This document shows positions 28,230 to 43,591 of a stretch of 64,000 nucleotides of DNA, piece by piece. Origin of the DNA: Chrysomallon squamiferum (Eukaryota; Animalia; Mollusca); the NCBI GenBank assembly GCA_012295275.1, contig CM022677.1, positions 27,590,001 to 27,654,000 of the forward strand, written 5' to 3'. Both the position numbers and the translations under genes were made by a program. The notes beneath the pieces are model-generated. The model was not told the DNA's origin. It searched no databases and was given only the letters and a program-made list of their open reading frames with translations. Position 1 is the first letter of the stretch, and each line of letters begins with the position of its first letter.

Positions 28230-28570
28230 CACGACTCACATTTAACAACAACCTCGGAACAGGACAGACGACATTTTTCCCCCTACGTCTGCTCATGGGG
28301 CGTGAATCGAAAGACATACCGAACTGCCCCACTGCGCATGACAGCGAACGAGATCGAGCGGACTTGCATACAACGACGTAGTGTCAAGATGACGGTCACA
28401 CTGCTGGGGACTCGAACGTTGCCGGTAAAAAGTTTTTATCGTCCTTAAGTATCGCAGTACCATCAACTAACACAAGTACTAGCCTGGGGGAGGTGTGGGG
28501 GGGGAAATAGCGCGCGGCGGGACGGACCTAACTTGGTGTGTGGAGATCGCGACGCGGTCTCTCGGAGAAA
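28230..28570. promoter_or_regulatory. CpG-rich promoter-like island
   Basis: GC box ggggcgtg, NRF1-like tgcgcatg (~28333), YY1-like caagatgacgg, cgcgcggcgg. Lies upstream (minus) of an ATG plus strong donor at 28047-28023. Confidence 0.5.
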
Positions 28571-28766
28571 GTGATGAGTCTTCAGTTTGTAGAGGTTTTC
28601 CTTTTTTATTTTATTTTATTTTATTTTTTTGTTGTGATTGCCAGTGTAGAATGTTCTGATGATTGTGTGTTTAGTTTTTTTTTTTGTTTTTTTTTTGTGT
28701 TTTTTTGTACTGATTACTAATGGCTTAGTGGTATGTCAGTGATTAATGTTATTGATTTTACTGATC

Positions 28767-28837
<71 letters not shown>

Positions 28838-28924
28838 GGATTATTATTATTATTATTGTTGTTGTTGATGTTGTTTAATTTATTATTATTATTACTATGA
28901 TAATAATGAAGGTTCGGGTTTTAT

Positions 28925-29047
<123 letters not shown>

Positions 29048-29471
29048 ACACACAAACACAAACACACTCATGCAGACTCCAGATCACAGGAAACCAAATT
29101 AAGCCTGACCCGCTGAGCAGGTACAGAAAGGAATGTGGTGGGAACGAACATCAATCAAACAGGTATGTGACGACAAATTGTCAGGGACGTGTCCACTCGC
29201 TACAGGCGGGGGGGCCGAACCTGCACCTATTACGTCACAACGACACCGATTCGTCAAATTATAAAATGCACCAGTCTTGTTGGAGGGGGGGGGAAATACG
29301 TGTGTCGTTAGGTCTTTTGTGTATGAATGTGAAATGTCCAAAAAAAAATAAAAAATTAACTAAAAAAAACAACAATAAAATAAAATAAAAATGAATAAAT
29401 AAATAAATGAATAATAAATGAAAATAAACATGGAATTAATATAATATATTATAAATGATGTTCCAATATGT

Positions 29472-29547
<76 letters not shown>

Positions 29548-29829
29548 AGAGATATACCGTCTCAGATAAACACAGACAAACAGACAACTCACAAACACAT
29601 ACACTTAGACGATCACATTTTTGTCTGCTTAAAATTTACACTTCACAAACGGTGTAACTCTCATTAACACATCGATAACATCAACAACAACGACGACGAC
29701 GACGAAGAAGAAGAAGAAGAAGAAGAAGAAAAGCGAAAACGAAATTTTTATCAATTCTAATTAATCAATCTTCATTCCATCACAAGAGAAAAAAAAAAAA
29801 AAAAAAAAAAACATTTCAGGACGATTCTC

Positions 29830-30120
29830 ATTTTCGGAGTTTTAGTCACGTCGTTACGTCATCGGTTCTTCCGGAAGTGCTTCCTTTCTGCATTTCCTCC
29901 TTTCCCAGCGGCAGCACCCACACGCGGAGCCGAAGATCAGAAAGGCAAAAAGCACAGCTCTGGGACGCGGACAAACAGGATCAAATCATTGGCGAAATTG
30001 TTTGCAATATCTGCTTCGATTGCGAGATGAGCCGGGTGTGCTTTCAATTTCCGGTACGGCACGAGGAGACCTCCCCCCTCCCTCCCGTCACAATGCGGAG
30101 AGATTATCCCGGGGACTTAC
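29830..30120. promoter_or_regulatory. CpG-rich island with ETS and CRE-like sites
   Basis: cttccggaagtg at ~29868-29879, ttacgtca at ~29854, C/EBP-like ttgcaat. Confidence 0.45.
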
Positions 30121-30176
30121 GTGTAGGGTGTAATAATTTCCTCCGAGAAAAGCGACACGAAACGAATACTAAAACC
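30121..30176 (-). other. Candidate exon (56 bp)
   Basis: Minus strand cttttcattttctccttcgcag| ... tacac|gtaagt. Confidence 0.45.
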
Positions 30177-30489
30177 CTGCGAAGGAGAAAATGAAAAGAG
30201 GATTTGTGTGTGTTTGTTGGTGGGGGGGGAAGGAAGCGACGGGTGGGTTGGGGGGGACAGGTGTGGAAGGACTGAGGTGTCTGTACTCACATGGAATTGA
30301 TTAATTAATTTACTTATGTAAGTTACGTATCGATAATTTAACTTGATTATTTGATTTTTTCATTTTGAAAGACGAGAATCACAGGAGTGAATAAATTTCG
30401 AAATGAAAAAGGTGGACAGATAGAAGCATGTACGTACAGATATAGATAGACAGAGGGATAGATAGACATATATATATATAAATAAATAA

Positions 30490-30781
<292 letters not shown>

Positions 30782-31607
30782 TGACAGAGAGAAAAGAGAG
30801 AGATATACAGAAAGATAGAAACAGAGAGAGAAAGACAGAGATATAAAGAGATAAATTAAGAGAGACAGAGAGAATGAGTGAAAGAGAGAGACAGGCTGTG
30901 ACAGAAAGAAAGAAAGAAAGAAAGAGAAGGAGGCACGATAAAAAATTCCTTAATAAAATACTTTGTGTATGTATGTATGTGTATATATATATATATATAT
31001 AAAGAGAAACGCCCCAAACTAGACCTAATTTTCATTGTCCCTCTATCTGTACATTTCTCTGTCTCTTTTTACATCGCTGACACAGTTTTTCTGCTACGGT
31101 TAGAAACCTGAATAAGCAGCTAATTGCTTTAAATTATCGTTGCTCCCGCCATTTTATATAAAACCGATCCTGAACAGGGCCTCGGAAGTAATTCCGAATC
31201 AATGTAGAACGAATAAATTCTATTCAAGATTTCCTGGTCAAATTAATATCACAAATATTAGCGTGCCGAACAGCCGCAATAAAAATGTGACAGGAAGTAC
31301 TAACACGTTTTGCACTGGTCGTCACGTGACTGGAAGCTATTGGGGGAGGTCGGAACTAGACTTGCTTCGGGGTAAATGAACTCTGTGTGGAAATAGCGGT
31401 CTTTGCAGTATAAGGAAGAAAGGAAGGAACGGGTGAAGACAAGAGTGAAGGGAGAGAGAGAAAGATAGAAAATAAGAAAGAGGCAGAGAGTGTATAATGA
31501 GAACGATACACAGACACACACACAGACACATACACACATATACACAGTATTGTTAATTTAGTTAATTTAGTTTTATAATGGATGATAATTATGGTAATAA
31601 TAGTAAC

Positions 31608-31669
<62 letters not shown>

Positions 31670-32363
31670 TAATAATGATGATGATGAACAACAACAACAG
31701 CAGCAGCAAAAATAAACAAGAATGAAAAGAAACACAGAGAAACAGAAAGAAAATAAGAAAGAGACAGAGCGTATATAGTGAAAAAGATACACAGAGAATG
31801 AAATGACAGACAGACAAACAAACAGACAGACAGACAAACTCATAGGCAGTAAGAGACACAGAGAAAGTAGAAAACATCGTCACATTCAGACACAGATGAA
31901 CTGACAGACGGAGAAAAATAACAAAAGTAACAACGGCGACTAAGGACGACGGACAAATTAACTTTCGTGTTTTATCTTGTACGCTGCTTTGTATCCACTG
32001 GATTACAAATATTGTGTCATAGGCACGAATCGAGCAACGATTTTCATCCTTCCAGTACTCGCAAACTGTTTAACGATCGTGCTGAGCGCTCGGCCGCCAT
32101 GTTTAATGACTCTTCGACGCGGAGGCACAAATATTAGCCAGCCTCGATGACTTATCTCAAAAAGTCTCGATAACCATCGATAGCGTAAATCGTTTCTGCG
32201 TAACTCTGGTTTGTTGTGCGCTCGTATGTCGTGATGACGTAATATGTTTTCTGCCGAGACGTAATGTAATTACTAATCGGTGACGTGGCATATAGTGTTA
32301 CATGTTGTGACGTCAGTATATGTTATATATGCACTATTAATATTTATGGTTCTACACGTGTGT

Positions 32364-32420
<57 letters not shown>

Positions 32421-33072
32421 ATGCAGACATGCACATATACATTAATTCACTCATGCATTCATGCATACAAACACACATGCATATACCTATTGCATATAAT
32501 TATTACTTATTTGTGACCTGTCGAACTGCATTAAAGAAAAAAAAAAATAGAAATAAAAAAAAAGCTTACCTCCCCACAAAAAAGGAACAACAGTTCCCCA
32601 ATTCCCCCAAATAAAAATAAATCCCATCAACAATGAAATGAAATTAAGCCCCAGCAAACCAAATTAAACTTAACGTCGTAGCAGCAGCCAATTTATCGAC
32701 CTTTGACATGGGTCATTGTCGAACACGACCCCTTTTGTTTTCTCATTGCTCATTGGCTGGTTTGTTTGCTTTGCTCGTTTCGTTTTTCAAACTTCTCATC
32801 TTTTCACACAAACACCGTTTATCTTATTCACTGTTTGTTCCTGCTGTGAGGCTATCGATCTATCGATCTGCAGTCCAGCTATTATTCAGAGGCGAGGAGG
32901 AAATTGATAAAAATTAATGTTTGGATTGGAAGAATCTGCCGCACTGATGATGAAATGGAAACTGTGAAGAAGATCGAAATCTTGCAACGAAAGATTTCTT
33001 GACTTAATATTTTTTTTTTTTTTAATTTTATATTGTAAGTAAGCTAGTTACAAGAGCATTCTGTAAGGCAAG

Positions 33073-33138
33073 GAATATATGAGTGTTTGTGTGCGTACTT
33101 TGTATGAATATATGAGTGTTTGTGTGCGTACTTTGTAT
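33073..33138. repeat. 33-bp perfect tandem duplication
   Basis: gaatatatgagtgtttgtgtgcgtactttgtat x2. Confidence 0.9.
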
Positions 33139-33145
33139 AAATGTA

Positions 33146-33267
<122 letters not shown>

Positions 33268-33932
33268 TATTGTGAGTACATAAGACTTCTCTTAGCAGAA
33301 AATAACTTTGGATACAATTTAAATGGGAATGTCAAATTTAGTGTTGGTGGTAATGACGAGAAGAAGAAGAAGAAGAAGAAAACGAAGATGAAGAAGAAGA
33401 AGAAAACCAACGGCAACAGTAACAATAACAATGATGACGATGTACTACAAATCAAACAATATCAATACATAAACAACAACTATAACAACAACAACAATAA
33501 TAATAATCATTATCATCATCATCATCATCGTAGTCATCATCATCATCCGAATGGGAAGTATAAGAATAAAGAAAAACGAAAATAAGCAGCCAACAAGAAC
33601 AGTATTATTTTCAGTATTAGTGTCAACAGAACCAAGAGTCACGTGACGTCACACGTCATTCACGTAAGAGTGCAGAATTACAGAAACGTGAGCCTGAGCG
33701 AGGCTGGTTCCCTAGCGTCACCGTGGGCCGGGATTTCGGTTCGTCTGACGGAGATAAATGTCGAGTTTTATCGATTTTAGCCGTATTATGCCGAGTGAGA
33801 GGGCACGGAAGGTGCCGAGGGAATTGTAATAGAAAGTAATTAGTTAATGTTTCCAGTAAATTCTTGGCAAAACGAAATTTTTCGTTTCTAATTTTCTTTC
33901 TTTTTTTTGTTTTCAGAAAGCAATATTGTCGC

Positions 33933-33998
<66 letters not shown>

Positions 33999-34108
33999 GA
34001 TAATGATAAAATATTAGAAACCATTATTGATCGAACAAGCGATTAATATATTAAAATGGACTGTTTCTAAGAATCTCTCCCTCCCCTCCCCTCTCTGTCT
34101 CCATCTTC

Positions 34109-34187
<79 letters not shown>

Positions 34188-34665
34188 GTTCTCTTGGATG
34201 ACCATCTATTTCAAAATGTCAAAGTTTTCCTTATTAACAAGAGCAAGCCATCTAAAAACTGCTTCCGTAATTTTTATTTTTTTTGTTCATCCATCATTCT
34301 GGACATCACTGACACTTTCTGTCTGTCTCTCTGTCCATCTGTCAGATTATGGTTTCACCTTTTTATTGCAATTAGCTTCACTAGACATGACAAGGGGTTA
34401 CAAAGCGAGAATGAAAAAGAAAAAAGACAAGAGAACTGATGGGAGAGAAAGATACAGAAAAAGAGAGAGAGAAAGAGAGAGAGAGAGGAGAGAGAGAAAG
34501 AGAGAAAACGAAAGAATGAGATAGAGAGAAATAGAGTAATAAAGGGAAAGCGAGAGAATGATTCAGAGAGCGGGAGAGGGACAGAGAGAGAGACAGAGAG
34601 ACAGAAAGAAAGACAGAGACACAGAGAGAGGGAGAAAGAGAGAGAGAGACAGAGAGATAGACAGA

Positions 34666-34734
<69 letters not shown>

Positions 34735-34930
34735 AAAGCGTAGAATAGAAAAAGTAGTAGTAGACGTAACATTAGAAGACTACAACGACGACAACGACGA
34801 AGACGTCAACGAAGGCAAAGAGGAAGATAATTCTGACGAATTACAACGAGAAATTAAAAAAAAGTTACAGACAATCAGTTTAACATTCGCGATGTGATTA
34901 GAATAACGAGACGTCAAGTCATTGACTCAC

Positions 34931-35063
34931 CTGCGTTCTTCTTGTTCTAGTTTCCTCCGGTTGCGGTGCTCCGATACGTCACGTGTGGGATTCGAGATCA
35001 GTCGCAAGTCACGATCGTTTCCATAGCAACGCGCATTACAGTCACGCACGCCAATGGTTGTAA
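34931..35063 (-). other. Candidate exon (133 bp) overlapping a motif-rich island
   Basis: Minus strand tttttatgttttccag| ... acgcag|gtgagt. One open frame (TTIGVRDCNARCYGNDRDLRLISNPTRDVSEHRNRRKLEQEER). Also contains X-box gtttccatagcaac and an E-box. Confidence 0.45.
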
Positions 35064-35079
35064 CTGGAAAACATAAAAA

Positions 35080-35119
<40 letters not shown>

Positions 35120-35503
35120 ACAACCAGAGTAGAGGTAGGAGATGCTGTTGAGTGATTATTACATGTCGTAATAGTAGTAGGTGTCCTGAAGGCGGTTGAA
35201 CAGTAATAGTATTAATAATAGTTGTAGTAATAGTTGTTGTAGTAGTAGTAGTAGTAGCAGCAGCAGGAGTAGTAGTAGTTGAAAGAGCTATAATAATAAT
35301 ATCAGTAGCAGAAGTAACATTTTGTTAGTAATAATAGTAGTAGAGGCTGTAGTAGTAGCAGTAGTTGCAGTGATGAAGGTATACTGGTAGTAGTTCAGTA
35401 TTGATATTAATTTTTAATAATTAAATGCACTTTATCTTTTATTCTGTACATTACCATAGTTCATTAAAAACAGTCATTCATTTTTACTTTACTGGCAGCG
35501 GAG

Positions 35504-35536
<33 letters not shown>

Positions 35537-35629
35537 TGCGGGACAGATTAAGGGTAAATTAACGAGAAATGACTAAACAAGATTACGACATTCTGGATTT
35601 GAGTCATTGATTCGTCAGACTATATTCCA

Positions 35630-36057
35630 GTCATTGTTATCGTTTAGTTTACCAAGATAATGAATTATACGTCAGTAGTAATGTTTACGTGAAAACAAAA
35701 ACTCTGGTAAACGTCTTTTATTCTTTTAACAGCGGGTCTGTCGTTTTCGTTTAGTTAATCAAGATAATTAATTATACGTCGATCGTAATTTTTACCTCAA
35801 AACAAAGACTATGGTGACGTCTTTTATTCTTACATTGTAATACAGTTTAGTTTATGAAGATAATTAATTGTAAGTCGGTCGTAATTTTTACGTCAAACAC
35901 AAAGACTCTGGTAACGTCTTTTATTGTTGCATTGTAATACAATGTCTGTCGTTGTCGTTCAGTTTATGAAGATAATTAATTGTAAGTTCGGTCGTAATTT
36001 TTAACGTCAAAACAAAGACTCTGGTAACGTTTTTTATTGTTACTTGTGTCTGTCGTG
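35630..36057. repeat. Diverged minisatellite, ~95-115 bp unit, 4 copies
   Basis: Recurrent gtttagtttatgaagataattaatt...gtcgtaatttttacgtcaaaacaaagactctggtaacgtcttttatt. Confidence 0.9.
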
Positions 36058-36206
36058 CGTGGTATGAATATCAAGTTATAAACAAAATATATTTTCTGCA
36101 GAATGAAATTATGCAAAATACATATAAACAATCTTGGCTAATTATAAAGTTAGATGATCAGTAATAACGCATGTAGTGTAAAGTAATCATAGATAAAGAT
36201 TAATGT

Positions 36207-36249
<43 letters not shown>

Positions 36250-36776
36250 AAAAAAACCAGACACATATAGAAATAGATGAAAGGATTAATAGATAGAAAC
36301 AGAAAGAAGGATGGATGAGAGAATAAACGGAAGGAGAAAACGAAGGAGGGAGAAAGAACAGAAATAATGAATGAAAGAAGAATATATATAAAAAAATATA
36401 GGCCTATATCTGAACAAAAATATAATAAAGAAACAGTCTCTTCCAAAGCCTTTAAAACTAAAAATAAAAACATAAATAAAAAATAAAAATAAAGAAGTGA
36501 TAAAGAAAAACTAAACCGGTTTATGCAAAGGACACAGCTGTATTGTTTACATTCGAGTTACTATTTTTGGACTCAAGCACATATCACCAGCAACAACGGT
36601 GACCTAGTTGGATGACATTCTTTCCTCGCGTCGAAAAATAGTTTGTGTTAAAATTAAGTTTCACTGTGTGTGTTGTGTATTTTCTCCTGAAACGTTCACA
36701 AACCCTGATCAGAGAGCGAACATTATTTATATAAATACATAAACATATATATATATATGTATTATGTATATGCATA

Positions 36777-36811
<35 letters not shown>

Positions 36812-36865
36812 GTAGACACATATACAAAAATTGATACATAAATGCATAGGTGTCATACATACTTG

Positions 36866-36999
<134 letters not shown>

Positions 37000-37432
37000 C
37001 TCTTCCCTGTCGTTAATTTATTTTCCCAATGATAATAAAAAAAAAAAAGATCAAAAATCAAAAATCAACAAAGAATCCAGTGGAATCATTTCCCGGACAC
37101 TATTTACTCACTCTCGAGATATAATTACGGCTACGTGAACATCATTTTAAGCAGAGGTTCGTGATGATGTCGTGGCTTTTCGACAATGCAATCAACGACG
37201 ACGAACAATGGAAACGGCATTCGCTGCCAACGACGACACAGTTTATTATTCATAACGACTGCTTCAAAATGATCTGAATATTCAACGACACGTTTACATC
37301 ATAATTGTTGTCAGCTCTCAATTCTGTCGTATTACTCGTTCAACGGATTTTGTTTTTTGTTCCTGCATACACAAAACATGCAGATCCTCTATTATCTGAA
37401 GTGATTGTTAAACATTAAGAGATTAATAAATT

Positions 37433-37466
<34 letters not shown>

Positions 37467-37707
37467 TCTATTATAATGTATTTCATTATTACTGGGTTTT
37501 CATTTCGAATCATCATTTTTTTGTTTTACTATTTTAAGCTGAGCTGTTGTAATGGTATCTAGCTATTTAAAAAAAAAAAAAAAACGTTTTTAATTTTGTC
37601 GGTAAGAAACTAGTCTATTATAGTGTATTTCGGTATTATTTTTACAATTACAGTTACTGTTACTATTATTATTATTATTATCATCATCATCATATATTTT
37701 ATTACTA

Positions 37708-38270
37708 TTTTAAAGGCTGTTGCTGTAGGTGTTGTATTACTACTACTATTTTAGAATGTATTTAGCTATTTATATTTTTGTTTTTTGTTTTAAACTGTTT
37801 TAAATGCTATTTATATTTTTTTGCTGCTGTGCTGCTGTTGTATTACTACTACTATTTTAGAATGTATCTAGCTATTTATATTTTTGTTTTACTGTTTTAA
37901 AGGCTGCTGCTGTAGGTGCTGTATTACTACTACTATTTTAGAATGTATTAGCTATTTATATTTTTTGTTTTACTGTTTTAAAGGCTGCTGCTACTATTTT
38001 AGAATGTATCTAGCTATTTATATTTTTGTTTTACTGTTTTAAAGGCTGCTGCTGTAGGTGTTGTATTACTACTACTATTTTAGAATGTATCTAGCTATTT
38101 ATATTTTTGTTTTACTGTTTTAAAGGCTGCTGCTGTAGGTGTTGTGTTACTACTACTATTTTAGAATGTATCTAGCTATTTATATTTTTTTTTTACTGTT
38201 TTAAAGGCTGCTGCTGTAGGTGTTGTATTACTACTACTATTTTAGAATGTATTTAGCTATTTATATTTTT
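37708..38270. repeat. 81-bp minisatellite, ~7 copies (some truncated)
   Basis: Unit ttttaaaggctgctgctgtaggtgttgtattactactactattttagaatgtatctagctatttatatttttgttttactg; aaaggctg recurs at 38041, 38122, 38203. Confidence 0.95.
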
Positions 38271-38510
38271 GTCACGGTTTGGGAACGTTGATGGAGTGTA
38301 AAACTGGCGAATAAAAATAAAAATAGTGAAATAAAACTTCGTATTAGTTACAGATGTTGTCACAGCTGTAGTTAACAGCAACTGTCGCAGACGTAGTAGT
38401 TTTGATATAATTCTCTGTGTTACCCCTTTTTTCTTTTTCTCATTCAGTCTTTATATCTTCTCTTTTTTTATCTTTCTGTATTATAGGTCTGTCTGTCTGT
38501 CTGTCTGATA

Positions 38511-38604
<94 letters not shown>

Positions 38605-38769
38605 CATCTCTTTGTGTCTGTCTGTCTGTCTCTCACTTTAGCCGAGCAAATAATGTCACTAAATACATGCACATACACGATATCAATCCATCCTTCAAAA
38701 TAAATAAACACACACACACACATTCACACGCACACGCTCATGCGCACTCACAGAAAGATAACAAAAAAA

Positions 38770-39020
38770 AACCTACCTTACTACGTTCACGTGACCAAAA
38801 TTCTAAAGTGCACCATCGAAAGGCGAAACTCGCCTGTTTTAATAACGATACTAATTTAAGTCTGGTCTGTAAATATTTGTTTACCATGGCAACGCAACGC
38901 CGCGCGCACAATGGCGATGAGGCGATGTTTAAACGTAACCATAGCAACAGAAACAACACAAGTTGACGGGGCGTCGTTTAACCATGAAAGTGTTTGACAA
39001 GCAGGCGGGAAGGATTTGGT
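38770..39020. promoter_or_regulatory. Enhancer-like island with paired RFX X-boxes and E-box
   Basis: tcacgtga 38787; tttaccatggcaac 38880-38893; gtaaccatagcaac 38935-38948. Confidence 0.55.
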
Positions 39021-40514
39021 CGATTTTTTTTTTTCATAATATTTGTTTTTCTACTAAAACCAGATTTCTCTTCTTTTTTTTTTTTTTTTTCTTATAATGG
39101 ACATGATACAAAAAACCGACGTTGCCAGAAATGAAATTTTATAAAAAACAAAATCTAAGGCTGTAGGTAAAATAATAGGTGAAATTAAAAGAAAGAATAA
39201 AAACGATAAGACAATAAAAAAAAAAAAAAAAAAAAAAAAACACCAGTAACAGCAAAAAGAAAAAAAAACCACCAACAAAAAACCGCAACAAAAACAAACA
39301 TTAATAATAATAATAATCAAAAATTTCAAATGAAAAAAATGAAGAAAAGAAATAAAGTAATATGGTGTAGCAAAAATAGTCCACAGATTAAACAGTTAGA
39401 AGCTACAGATAAAAAGAGGTTAGTGATAAAAAGGGGAATAGAAAGGAACAGGGACAAACACAGAGATAAAGACTGATAAATCGGGGTAGATAACATAATA
39501 ATTACTGTTGATGTATGTAAGTTTGTATAAATCTCATTAATAATAATAGTAGTAGTAGTAGTAGTAGTAGTAGTAGAAGGTACTAATAGTAATAGTAGAA
39601 GTAATAAATAACTATAAATAAATAAATAAATAAATAACGACAGAAAGAAAGATAAAAAAAAATAAAAATAAAAAAATGACGTAAAAAAAAAATCCGCATA
39701 TGAAGAATCTCTACGTTTCCGTTAAAGATCGGCAATTATCGTAATCAGTCGCTTCCGTTCGGGAATTATCCTCGTTATTCTACGCAGCCCTGTTTACCTT
39801 TTATCTTATTTTTCTCTTGTAAGAAAGAAATATAAAATCGATACACTTTTTATCACGCTGATGTAAGCACACTAATTATGTTCTTGTGTGCCATGTAAAG
39901 TATCGCAATGCTTTGCTGGTTAATACGTTTTTAAATCAGTTTTATTTTTGGGGTTTTTTTTTCGTTTTCTTTCTTGGCTACTTAATACGATCATTGTTTA
40001 AGTTAGAAAAGAAAGTGTTATCATGTAATCAGGCACAGAGAACGACAGAAGAGTGAGTGCAAACACTCAGCTGAAATACAAAGAGAAAAAGTAACGACAC
40101 ACATATACACAAACACACACACACACATATAAATGGAGAGAGAAAAGAGAGATGTATGTATCTATGTATGTATGTATGTATGTATGTATGTATGTATGTG
40201 TATACATATATATATATAAAGATATAGATTAATAGGATTTTGGATTCAAAGATAAAGAAACACACACACACATATATAAACACAGAAACACAGAAACACA
40301 CACACTCATATACACCCAGATAGATTATATTATAGACAGATAGAGACATATATATATATATATAATTATTATATATGTATATATGTATGTGTGTATGTAT
40401 GTCTGTATGTTTCTGTGTATGTATGTTTCTATGTATGTATGTATGTATGTATGCATTATCTTTGTGTATGTATGTATGTATGTATGTTTCTATGTATGTA
40501 TGTATGTATCTATG

Positions 40515-40551
<37 letters not shown>

Positions 40552-41179
40552 AGAGAAAGAAAGATAGACACACAAGCTATACAGATAAATAGATAAAAAG
40601 ATAGATAAACAGATAGATAAACAGATATAGATTCATAGGATTTTGGACACAAAGATAAAGAAACAAACATATACAAACAAATGCGCGCACACACACACAC
40701 ACAAACAAACAAAGAAATACACACTGTCATATACACACAGATAGATATATTATAGACATATATAAATATACAGGCAGAGAAATAATTGTCTATATCGCTA
40801 TATAGTTAGACTGAAATAAAAAAATAGCCACTTAATTAATAGCTAGCTATATTGATAGGCATAATTTATTTTTTAGCAGCTTGACATGAATAGAAAGAAA
40901 CCAACCAGCTGAAACAACGAATGAAAATCAAACACAGACAACTGTTAAAATATTAACACGAGAGATACACATAAAAAAAAAAAAAAAAAATAAAATAAAA
41001 TAAATAAATAAAAAATAAAATAAAATAAAAAAAGAACGAAAAACCCCAAAAGAAGATAAAAGAAAAAAGAACAAAAACAAAATCCCAGAAAAAAAAAAAA
41101 AAAAAAAAAAAAAAATAAAAAATAAATTAAAAAAATTTAGTAGTAATAAATCTATTGTATTCAATTCTTGCAGGGACAA

Positions 41180-41480
41180 TATATAACTCGGTTGCCTAGC
41201 AACGGAACGTACACAGAAACAAACAAGAGAACGAAATAAAGATTTTTTTTTTTTTTTTTACCCTCGTCGCCGTACTGATATCGGCAGGCACGCGAACGCC
41301 GATCAGATCACGTGACTGCGTCAGTCAATTCATTCCCCCCCCGCGCGCATAGTCGTTGCCATGGTAACCGAAGAAATTGAATCCGCATTGGAAGTGGTAG
41401 CGTGCATGACGATCAAAGATGGCGGCGCTTTACGTCATAATGATGAGCAGCGAATTAATGAGAAGCGAGCGTTTAATGGA
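41180..41480. promoter_or_regulatory. Promoter/enhancer-like island with two X-boxes, E-box, YY1 and CRE-like sites
   Basis: gttgcctagcaac 41191-41203; tcacgtga 41308; gttgccatggtaac 41355-41368; aagatggcggc 41416-41426; ttacgtca ~41430. Confidence 0.6.
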
Positions 41481-41730
41481 GGTGATAATCATAATGTTAA
41501 TAATGTAGCATTAGTAAGAGTAGAAGTAGTATTTATATTAGTATTGGTATTAGTATTAGTATTAGTATTAGTAGTAGTAGTATTATTAAAATAATCGTAA
41601 CAATTGCTGCCGATCTAGGATTAGAATTTCAGCACTGTCGTAGTAGCTGTATTTGTAATGATGGTAGTTGTAGTTTAAGTAGTACTCTAGTATGCCTCGT
41701 ATATTTATTAAAATCACGCTAACTCATTAC

Positions 41731-41829
<99 letters not shown>

Positions 41830-42278
41830 CCATTATTTACGGTTTCGAATACGTCTGACAGAATTAATCTCGACTGCCTGGAATTCTTCAGTAATGAAAA
41901 CAAATAAATTCTCACATAATTGTGTTCTCCCTGTCGAGTGGAAATTAACATGACACAATAACATTTAGTCTGTTTGACAAACCACGTCCAGACTGTAATG
42001 ATATGCAGTTGACCTCTGGCCTGTGACGTAGCGGATGCATGTAATTATTCCATGACCCGTCGACTTCAGAAATAGCTTTATTAATAAACGTTCTATTTGT
42101 ATTTATTTTTTTATTTATTTTTTTTTTTTTTTTTACTTATTTTTTTTTTTTTTTTTACTTATTTTAGCTGTTCCTACTACTGTTACTGATATTACTACTA
42201 CTGCTACTGATATTATTACCATTATTATTGCTACTAATAATGCTGCTGCTTCTGTTACTACTGCTATGACTACTACTT

Positions 42279-42332
<54 letters not shown>

Positions 42333-43495
42333 ATAATAATAATAATAATAATAATCATAATCATCATCATCATCATCATTATCTTCGTCACTACTTTGGA
42401 TAACCAACCTCACAGATTTCATACCAATAATGTCGACGTTTCTAATGACGACAAAAAGATTAGTGACGTCATAACATTGTTCTAATTACCTGTCAGCGTA
42501 ACTTTCGCGGCAAATTAATTTAGAAAGTTATATTCTAAGTAACAGAATTATTATTATTGTTGTTGTTATTTTTAATAGCAGCAATAATAGTAGTAGTACT
42601 AGTAGTACTGACTACACTAGTAGTAACAGTCGAAGAAGCAAAACACAGAAAGTATTAATTTAGTAACTTTAGTTTTAATTTTAAATTTTTAACTTTAATA
42701 AACAGAAATTTTACATAGCAACTATGGCTACCACTACAAACAGAACTACATCTGCTACGACCACCACCACCACCACAACAACAACCATGAGATGACGACT
42801 ACCACCACTACCACTGCTACCATTACGACTATTATGACATACTCTACACAGACACAGTATAATAATAAACTGAATAATTTTTATATAAACTTTCTGACGT
42901 GAATATATATATATACGTGGGTAATTATTACCGATAGTACTATTAGTAGACAGTCTAGGTTACGGAAATTGCCCGGCGGAAACGGAGAACTTGAGCCGAG
43001 GCCTAGAAACTCGGTGTCCGTGGTTCTAAAAATAGAACTACTAACGTTACTAGCGCAGCGCAACAAGTAATAATGAAAGGTCAAGTTTGGCCGCGAGAAC
43101 CAGTCAATGTGGATGACAAGGGGAAAAAGAAAAAGAAAAAAAGAATGACCGATGTGTAACGGAAGAATGACGAAAATGTCACGTTTAATGTATGTCACTG
43201 TTAGGAGATTGTGACATGAATAAGAAAACACTTTGAGTCCACTTTAGTGAAAGCGTCAATTGAAACAAGTGACTTGTACAAATATTTTTGTTGATTTTGC
43301 TATTTATACCAATTGTGTTTTTAGTTACTAAAATAAGAATATATGAAAGAGCGAGAGAAATAGAGACAGACATATGTATATATATATATAGATATAGATA
43401 TTTAGATACAGAGAGATACGATGGATTGATAGAAAGAGAGATATTTGTGAAAGAAAAATGATGAGATAGACCTAATAATAATTCAAAAGAAGAAA

Positions 43496-43591
<96 letters not shown>

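Noticed and set aside
29877-30194. 105-aa + strand ORF in a CpG island
   Set aside because: Non-ATG start, no recognisable domain; GC-rich islands give open frames by chance.
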